Shown one piece after another: positions 1-5,450 of a DNA stretch of 14,010 nucleotides. The notes below the pieces were generated by a model that had not been told where the DNA came from, did not search any database, and was given only the letters and a program-made list of their open reading frames with translations. The stretch's first letter is position 1. Each line of letters begins with the position of its first letter. A program made the translations under genes and the position numbers. The stretch is from Thermodesulfobacteriota bacterium (lineage in GTDB: Bacteria > Desulfobacterota > Desulfobulbia > Desulfobulbales > SURF-16), in contig JBDLIE010000065.1 in NCBI GenBank assembly GCA_039715015.1, positions 1 to 14,010 of the forward strand, in the 5' to 3' direction.

Positions 1-135
1 CTTGCCAAAGCCATCCGTACAGTCCTTGATTCTCCGAAAATGAAGAAAAGCGCCGAGGAAATCGGGGCTAGAATGCAAGGGGAAAATGGTGTCCAAACCG
101 CTGTTTCAGCAATTAACAAATGGAGAGCAACATGA
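1..135 (+). CDS. 3' end of a probable GT1/UDP-glycosyltransferase (partial, starts upstream of the window)
   Basis: Frame 1 is open from base 1 to TGA at 133-135: LAKAIRTVLDSPKMKKSAEEIGARMQGENGVQTAVSAINKWRAT*. This resembles the 'L..AI..VL....A..LG..I..E.GV..AV..I' C-terminal helices of sterol-glucosyltransferase-like GT1 enzymes. Not in the ORF track. Confidence 0.6.
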   Translation, partial: LAKAIRTVLDSPKMKKSAEEIGARMQGENGVQTAVSAINKWRAT

Positions 136-323
136 GAAAGCCCATTTCTATGACAGTAACGTTTTTTTTGTTCATGGTGTCACTACTGCACGTCCTGCGC
201 CTGGTCTTTCATGTCAATGTGAGCATCGGAGAGACTGCAATCCCCCTGTGGCTCAGCATTTTCGGGGCATTTATACCGGCAGCCCTTGCTGTTCTCCTCA
301 GGGTTGAAGGCCAAAAAGGCTGA
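132..323 (+). CDS. small two-TM membrane protein, hypothetical
   Basis: ATG at 132 overlaps the upstream stop (ATGA coupling). MRKPISMTVTFFLFMVSLLHVLRLVF...IPLWLSIFGAFIPAALAVLL has two hydrophobic segments. Confidence 0.65.
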   Translation: MRKPISMTVTFFLFMVSLLHVLRLVFHVNVSIGETAIPLWLSIFGAFIPAALAVLLRVEGQKG

Positions 324-424
324 ATAAGGAAGAGTACGTGGTGCAAACGAGTCTCTGGCACAATGTTCAGACGACACAATATCCCTTGGGATTAATACCT
401 CTAGACTAAGGGCAAAGGAGCAAG

Positions 425-811
425 ATGGAAAACAACGAAACACTTATCCTGCTTTATATTCTTTTTATATGGTCCGTCGTGATTCACACATTTGAAGAAA
501 TATCTCAGGGAATATTTGAGATCGAATTGGGCCACATAAAAATGACCAGGAAAAAATATCTGATTGCGGCCAGCATCATTACAACTATCAACCTCGGCAC
601 TCTATCGTTACTAGTGTACGGCAGTAAAATCGGACTCTATTTGGCAATACTTACCTCGTCAACTCTGGGGATTTTACAAGCGCTAGTACATTCCATTGGC
701 TACTTCAAAGAGGGAAGAAAATCAAGAAATCTTGGTGCTGGATTCTACTCATCAATACCATTGGCGCTTGTGGGAGGCATACTCCTGCACACTATCTTAG
801 CTAGAATATGA
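425..811 (+). CDS. HXXEE domain-containing membrane protein
   Basis: AAGGAG RBS just upstream of the ATG. HTFEE motif follows TM1, there are about four TM segments, and the later 'ALVH' His and 'GFYSS' match the HXXEE family pattern. Confidence 0.8.
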   Translation: MENNETLILLYILFIWSVVIHTFEEISQGIFEIELGHIKMTRKKYLIAASIITTINLGTLSLLVYGSKIGLYLAILTSSTLGILQALVHSIGYFKEGRKSRNLGAGFYSSIPLALVGGILLHTILARI

Positions 812-821
812 AAGTCCCTAA

Positions 822-1145
822 ATGGCCAGAATGAAGAGTCACAGGCAAGGCAAGGTCATCACCAAGATGAAGATGGCGAAATGCACCGATCTTGTTGAGA
901 ACATCCTTTTCCGTGGACGCCTAAAAGAGCTTTGGACACGGATGATCCACAAAGCGGAGCTGGTAGCAGGCGAAAGAGTCGTTGATATAGGTTGCGGCCC
1001 AGGGGAAGCGGCAATTATGGCATCAGGGCTCATTCTGCCTGACGGCGAGGTAAGCGGTGTCGATGCCTCGGCAGAGATGGTTACCTTAGCTCGACGAAAA
1101 GTATCGGAAATACTGAAGAGATCGATCATTTTTTTGGCTGGATGA
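822..1145 (+). pseudogene. truncated class I SAM-dependent methyltransferase (UbiE-like N-terminal half)
   Basis: Has motif I (VVDIGCGPG) and the following GVDASAEMVTLARRK, but stops at 107 aa before the later Rossmann strands. I could not recognise a continuation in any downstream frame. Confidence 0.65.
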
Positions 1146-1239
1146 AAACTTGGAAGGCTGTGAAAAACAATGGTTGTTCATCAGTGCCCAGAGTAATCAT
1201 CCATCAATGATCTCAAAAGTATTGCACGTAAAGGGGACT

Positions 1240-1410
1240 CTCGCCGCCCTTAAAATCGTAAATATTTTTCACAGATCTGCGTCTGTTGCCAAAAGGCCAG
1301 AGACGATAATGGCCACTGGACCAAGGTAGAAGAAATAGATCCATGACCATTGCGAGGCTGAATTCGGTGACGGAAGCTGTCCTAAGTGAGCTGCATTTTT
1401 TTACCATGAA
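1240..1410 (+). pseudogene. decayed relic of the C-terminal Cys motif (IC..CKKIRDD.GYW...YI..HSEAEFSHG.CP.C...Y) of deltaproteobacterial signalling proteins
   Basis: Stitching + frames gives LAALKIVNIFH (1240-1272) / ICVCCQKARDDNGHWTKVEE (1275-1334) / *IHDHCEAEFGDGSCPK*AAFFYHE (1336-1410). There are two frameshifts, a TAG at the conserved Tyr and a TGA at the last Cys. Confidence 0.65.
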
Positions 1411-1448
1411 CAAAGGTCATCATTAGGGGCAGTTGAGGCGTCAACTCT

Positions 1449-2318
1449 TCACAAAGGACCTTCTGCCTTTTCCTCCGGCCCGTTTCCACATTGACACGAG
1501 ATCTTCTCCTTAGCAGCCATTAAAGGCGTAATGACAAACCGGAAGCTGAGGCTGGCTGCCACTCCCCCCAGAAAGGGTGAGAAAATATAAACCCAGAAAA
1601 AGCCGCCTCGCGGACCGGGAATCGCCACCTCACCCCAACCGGCAAGCCAAGCCACTAAACGTGGCCCAAAATCTCTGGCCGGGTTCATGCCACATTGGGT
1701 CAGTGGGGCCAGGAGGGCAATGAGCACCGTCACTGTAGCGCCAATGAAGACCGGAGCCATGGTTTCCGAGGGACGGCCGACATTGCAGCCCTCGGTGAGG
1801 GAAAAAATCATGGTGACCAGCAGAAAGGTGGCCATTGCCTCCACCACCATGGCCACGGGCAGTGAAAGATCATAGACAACGCCATTGCCTGGATTGGGGA
1901 AGTACTCACCAAACATCATGGCAGTGAGCACCGACTGGCCCTCACCACGGGCAATATCCTGGATCGCTTCGAACTGGCTGATAATGTCACCAAAAATGAC
2001 GAACACCAAAGCGCCGCCAAGGATACCGCCAACCAGCTGGGCCAAAAGATAACCGGGGAGCAATCGGCCCTCCATACGTTTGGCCAGCACCATGGCCAAG
2101 GAGACAGCCGGGTTAAGATGGGCGCAGGAGAGATGGCGGGTGGCGTAGATTGCCAGGGTGACACCCACCCCCCATACGAGCGCCACTTGGAGCAGTCCAC
2201 TAAAGGCCTCAAACAACACCGCGCAGGCCACTGAGCCGGTGCCGATGAAGACCAGCAAAAAAGTGCCGAAGCACTCGCCGAGATACATGGCGTGCTGCTT
2301 TGAGGAGGGTTCAGTCAT
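1449..2318 (-). CDS. MIP family channel (aquaglyceroporin/GlpF-like)
   Basis: Six TM helices, GECFGTFLLVFIG in TM1, and both NPA boxes (HLNPAVS and MNPARDFGPRL). NPARD is the aquaglyceroporin-type signature. Confidence 0.95.
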   Translation of the reverse strand: MTEPSSKQHAMYLGECFGTFLLVFIGTGSVACAVLFEAFSGLLQVALVWGVGVTLAIYATRHLSCAHLNPAVSLAMVLAKRMEGRLLPGYLLAQLVGGILGGALVFVIFGDIISQFEAIQDIARGEGQSVLTAMMFGEYFPNPGNGVVYDLSLPVAMVVEAMATFLLVTMIFSLTEGCNVGRPSETMAPVFIGATVTVLIALLAPLTQCGMNPARDFGPRLVAWLAGWGEVAIPGPRGGFFWVYIFSPFLGGVAASLSFRFVITPLMAAKEKISCQCGNGPEEKAEGPL

Positions 2319-2339
2319 AGTTTCAGCCCTTTTTGACGG

Positions 2340-2666
2340 TTAGCATTTCTGGCAATCACAGTTTCTGGCGCCGCTGACAATGTCCTGCCAGTCACCAATC
2401 ACATCATGGGTCCAGCAATCATCCGCGCCGGCCGCCTCCCGCATGGTAAGGGCAAAAATCCAGCTCAACTCGTCGACAGTGGCCCCGGCATCTAGGGCCC
2501 CTTTGAAATGTTTGAGCACACAGGGCTTTGAGCGGCCCTTTATGGACAGGGCAAAACAGATGAACTGATAGGTCTTTTCGTCCACCGGCCGATTCTCGGC
2601 AAGCATATCATCCATCTTGGCAAACATGTCAGTGAACTCAGGAAAAATTTCAGCAAGCATTCTCAT
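2340..2666 (-). CDS. carboxymuconolactone decarboxylase (CMD)/AhpD-like protein
   Basis: The 'DEKTYQFICFALSI...CVLKHFKGALDAGAT.DEL' pattern fits the CMD fold. Strong AAGGAG RBS. Its stop lies 21 bp before the MIP start. Confidence 0.85.
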   Translation of the reverse strand: MRMLAEIFPEFTDMFAKMDDMLAENRPVDEKTYQFICFALSIKGRSKPCVLKHFKGALDAGATVDELSWIFALTMREAAGADDCWTHDVIGDWQDIVSGARNCDCQKC

Positions 2667-2685
2667 ATCGCACTCCTTGATTGAT

Positions 2686-2714
2686 AGTATCTACTTTCTT
2701 GAATTTTCTAGCAA
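2686..2714 (-). promoter_or_regulatory. putative sigma70 promoter of the CMD-MIP operon
   Basis: Minus strand reads TTGCTA-N17-GATACT, ending just upstream of the AAGGAG RBS. Confidence 0.5.
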
Positions 2715-2950
2715 AGTCAGGTGAAAATGTCACGGAGCATATAGTGGAGGGGATGAATCAATTAAAAAATTAACCGCTTTGAGGATTTCTAAATGGGCCC
2801 CTCTCTCATCACCAGAGGGTGACAACAATCGTTTTTTTGATAAGAGAAAATGATGCCAGAAAACTAAGGAGAAATAATTTCAAAAAAAATAACAAAAATA
2901 TGGAACCCTTTACAGAGAGGTGAGTCTTTATTTTAAGACTGCAATAAAAT

Positions 2951-3044
2951 GCATTCACTCCTTTCTTCATTTTTTTTCTCTCCTCACCTTCCCCAAAAGA
3001 AGGTGGAAAAAGCCGATGCTCCTCCCAAGCATCGGCTTTTTTTT
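2951..3044 (+). ncRNA. candidate small RNA (CU-rich 5' region, hairpin, intrinsic terminator); 5' end approximate
   Basis: A pyrimidine tract containing CACTCCTTTCT, hairpin CACCTTC/GAAGGTG (2985-3005) and a terminator, all between divergent genes. TAAAAT -10-like box at 2945-2950. Confidence 0.4.
3007..3044 (+). terminator. Rho-independent terminator (potentially bidirectional)
   Basis: AAAA-AGCCGATGCT-cctccca-AGCATCGGCT-TTTTTTT: a perfect 10-bp stem with a T-tract after it and an A-tract before it. Confidence 0.8.
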
Positions 3045-3068
3045 GCTTTTTTTACCCCCACACTTTTT

Positions 3069-3097
3069 TTGCCAGCTTGTTTTTTTTCTGTTATAGT
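3069..3097 (+). promoter_or_regulatory. sigma70 promoter of adk
   Basis: TTGCCA-N17-TATAGT with an extended -10 TG at 3089-3090. Confidence 0.7.
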
Positions 3098-3169
3098 CTC
3101 GGCCTTCTCTGGTCTGACCAGAACAAACAGTAACTTCACGCACTATCATTATAAATTGGAGGAATCCCC

Positions 3170-3817
3170 ATGAAACTTATTCTTTTAGGCGCACCAGGCG
3201 CTGGTAAAGGCACTGTGGCAAAAATGCTCACCAAGCTGGACGGTTCTGTTCAGATCTCCACTGGCGATATCCTGCGCGGCGCTGTCCAGGCAGGCACCGA
3301 GCTTGGTAAAGAGGCCCAGGGCTATATGGATCGTGGCGATCTGGTCCCTGATAGCCTTATCATGGGTATTATGGAAGGACGCCTGCAGGAAGATGACTGC
3401 AAAAGCGGTTTCCTGCTCGACGGTTTCCCCCGCACCATCCCCCAGGCCGAGGCCTTAAAAGAATTGCTTAATAAGATCGGCATCACCCTTGACATGGTTG
3501 TCGACATTGATGTGCCCCGCGATGTGATCTTTGACCGTCTCTGCACCCGCCGGACCTGTGAGAATTCAGACTGCCAGGCCATCTATAACGTTAAGAGCAT
3601 GCCTCCCAAGAAAGAGGGTATCTGTGACAAATGCGGCAGCGCCATTGTCCAGCGTGCTGACGAGACCGAAGAGGCCATTGCCCACCGTCTTGACACCTAT
3701 AACGAAAAAACCGCCCCGGTGGCTGGTTTCTACGAAAAAGAAGGCAAGCTCAAGTCCATCACCGGCACCTCCAGTGACGTGGTTGTTGACGGCATTAAGA
3801 AAGAGCTTGGTATCTAA
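3170..3817 (+). CDS. adk: adenylate kinase (long LID, four-Cys metal site)
   Basis: P-loop GAPGAGKGT, ISTGDILR, GDLVPD, GFLLDGFPRT and QRADE. The LID contains CENSDC...CDKC. GGAGG RBS. Confidence 0.97.
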   Translation: MKLILLGAPGAGKGTVAKMLTKLDGSVQISTGDILRGAVQAGTELGKEAQGYMDRGDLVPDSLIMGIMEGRLQEDDCKSGFLLDGFPRTIPQAEALKELLNKIGITLDMVVDIDVPRDVIFDRLCTRRTCENSDCQAIYNVKSMPPKKEGICDKCGSAIVQRADETEEAIAHRLDTYNEKTAPVAGFYEKEGKLKSITGTSSDVVVDGIKKELGI

Positions 3818-3855
3818 AAAAGTTCGCGGCCATCACGCTGTAGACTTTTAACACC

Positions 3856-3916
3856 AACCACAAAGGCACAAAGCCACGGAGATTTTTTTCTCTGTGACCT
3901 TTGTGCCTTTGTGGTT
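3856..3916. repeat. long REP-like palindrome between adk and trmFO
   Basis: AACCACAAAGGCACAAAG (3856-3873) is the exact reverse complement of CTTTGTGCCTTTGTGGTT (3899-3916). The inner stem CACGGAGA/TCTCTGTG encloses a T loop, and the arms are built from CACAAAG-type units. Confidence 0.8.
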
Positions 3917-3939
3917 TTAAGACATCCCTTTCCATCCTT

Positions 3940-5316
3940 ATGTCGAATGCATCAATTACAATAATTGGTGGCGGCCTGGCTGGCTGCGAGGCAGCCTGGC
4001 AGGCCGCCAACCATGGCGCCCATGTCACCCTCTATGACATGAAGCCGGACACCTATAGTCCGGCCCACGAATCCCCGGATCTGGGGGAACTTGTCTGCTC
4101 CAACTCCTTTCGCTCCAATGACCAGGCATCGGCGGTTGGCCTTCTTAAAGAAGAGATGCGCCTTTTTGATTCGCTTCTCATGCAGGTGGCGGAAAAGACC
4201 AAGGTGCCGGCCGGCAAGGCACTGGCTGTTGATCGTCAGAAATTTGCCGCAGCCATCACAAAAGCCCTAAGCGATCATCCTGATATCGATATTGTCCGCC
4301 AAGAGGTCAAAGAGCTGCCCAGCTCCGGCATCACCATCCTGGCCTCCGGCCCCCTGACGGCAAGCGACCTGGCCGCCGACCTGGCCCGCCTTACCGGCGC
4401 CGAGCATCTCGCCTTCTACGATGCCATTGCCCCCATTGTTTCTGCCGACTCCTTAAATCGCCACATCATCTACCAGGCCTCCCGCTACGACGATGGCCCA
4501 GGCGATTACCTCAACTGCCCCTTCAACGAAGAAGAGTACAAAAGATTTATCCAGGCCCTTGGGGCCGCGGACAAGGTGCCCTTAAAGAGCTTTGAGAAAA
4601 AGAAATATTTTGAAGGCTGTCTGCCCATAGAGGTCATGCTCGAACGCGGCGACGACACCCTGCGTTTCGGGCCCATGAAACCGGTGGGCCTGCCTGACCC
4701 GCGCACCGGCAAAGACCCCTACGCCGTGGTCCAACTGCGCATGGAGGATAGGGAGGGCAGTCATTATAATATGGTGGGTTTCCAGACCAAACTCACCTAT
4801 CCGGCGCAAAAGGAGGTTTTTCGCCTCATCCCCGGCATGGAGGATGTTGACTTTATTCGCCTGGGCTCCATCCACCGCAACACCTTTGTCTGCGCCCCCA
4901 AGGTCCTCCAACCCTCCCTGCAACTTCAAGATCATCCCCACATACTACTGGCTGGCCAGATCAGCGGTGTGGAGGGTTACGTAGAATCCACGGCCATGGG
5001 TATTCTTGCCGGACGTAATGCGGTCCGGCTGGCTCAGAATTTAGCCCCCCTTATGCCACCGGCCGACACAGCCCATGGCGCCCTGATTCGCCATCTCACT
5101 GAACCACTCAGCAAACATTTCCAACCTTCAAACGTCAACTACAGCCTCTTTCCCCCCTTTGACAAGAAAGCCTTCCGGGCCAGTCAGCCTGAGCTGCCTG
5201 CCTTGCCAAACAAAAGACGCAGACGTTCCCGTATTTCCAAGAGAGATAAAGCTGCATTTCGTAGTGCGCAGGCCATTGCCTCCATGAAGGCATGGCTCTT
5301 AGAAGCCGCCCTGTAG
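3940..5316 (+). CDS. trmFO: FAD/folate-dependent tRNA (uracil-54-C5)-methyltransferase TrmFO (Gid)
   Basis: IIGGGLAGCEAAWQ, ELVCSNS, FEGCLPIE, GFQTKL, HRNT and AGQISGVEGY motifs. Start placed at ATG 3940, because the track's TTG at 3901 lies inside the palindrome. Confidence 0.96.
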   Translation: MSNASITIIGGGLAGCEAAWQAANHGAHVTLYDMKPDTYSPAHESPDLGELVCSNSFRSNDQASAVGLLKEEMRLFDSLLMQVAEKTKVPAGKALAVDRQKFAAAITKALSDHPDIDIVRQEVKELPSSGITILASGPLTASDLAADLARLTGAEHLAFYDAIAPIVSADSLNRHIIYQASRYDDGPGDYLNCPFNEEEYKRFIQALGAADKVPLKSFEKKKYFEGCLPIEVMLERGDDTLRFGPMKPVGLPDPRTGKDPYAVVQLRMEDREGSHYNMVGFQTKLTYPAQKEVFRLIPGMEDVDFIRLGSIHRNTFVCAPKVLQPSLQLQDHPHILLAGQISGVEGYVESTAMGILAGRNAVRLAQNLAPLMPPADTAHGALIRHLTEPLSKHFQPSNVNYSLFPPFDKKAFRASQPELPALPNKRRRRSRISKRDKAAFRSAQAIASMKAWLLEAAL

Positions 5317-5339
5317 ATAAAGCACTGCCTACTCCCGCC

Positions 5340-5369
5340 TTGACAAGGCTGTCCTCTTTTTTAGATACT
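5340..5369 (+). promoter_or_regulatory. possible sigma70 promoter of the Cache-PAS hybrid kinase
   Basis: Consensus TTGACA (5340-5345), 18-nt spacer, then GATACT (5364-5369). Confidence 0.45.
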
Positions 5370-5450
5370 AACAAAATACTTCTTCGGATCTGAAAATGCT
5401 GTCGGCCCATCGGCTCTCTACACTTGGCCGCGGGTTGATATGGAAGGCCC

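Noticed and set aside
86..307. 73-aa + ORF and the ATG 120 start for the small membrane protein
   Set aside because: Both overlap the glycosyltransferase 3' end. The ATGA-coupled start at 132 is more plausible.
354..368. TGGCAC sigma54-like -24 box before the HXXEE gene
   Set aside because: The -12 position reads TCAG and lacks the required GC.
132..1145. Integron cassette array (short co-oriented genes)
   Set aside because: I found no attC-like RYYYAAC...GTTRRRY palindromes in the spacers and no integrase.
1378..1389. C-P-K-TGA as a possible CxxU selenocysteine motif
   Set aside because: The same relic has two frameshifts and a TAG, so the TGA is more simply a nonsense mutation of a Cys codon. 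I recognised no SECIS.
1213..1413. 66-aa minus-strand ORF
   Set aside because: The region is better explained by the + strand pseudogene relic.
2721..2733. GTGA-N5-TCAC as a CRP/Rex-type site
   Set aside because: The spacing is one base short of the GTGA-N6-TCAC core and the arms are too short to support a call.
2951..3044. Riboswitch or attenuator controlling adk
   Set aside because: A good sigma70 promoter lies downstream of the terminator, and I recognised no known aptamer consensus.
2949..3173. 74-aa + ORF and 60-aa - ORF upstream of adk
   Set aside because: They are low-complexity translations running across a terminator and a promoter.
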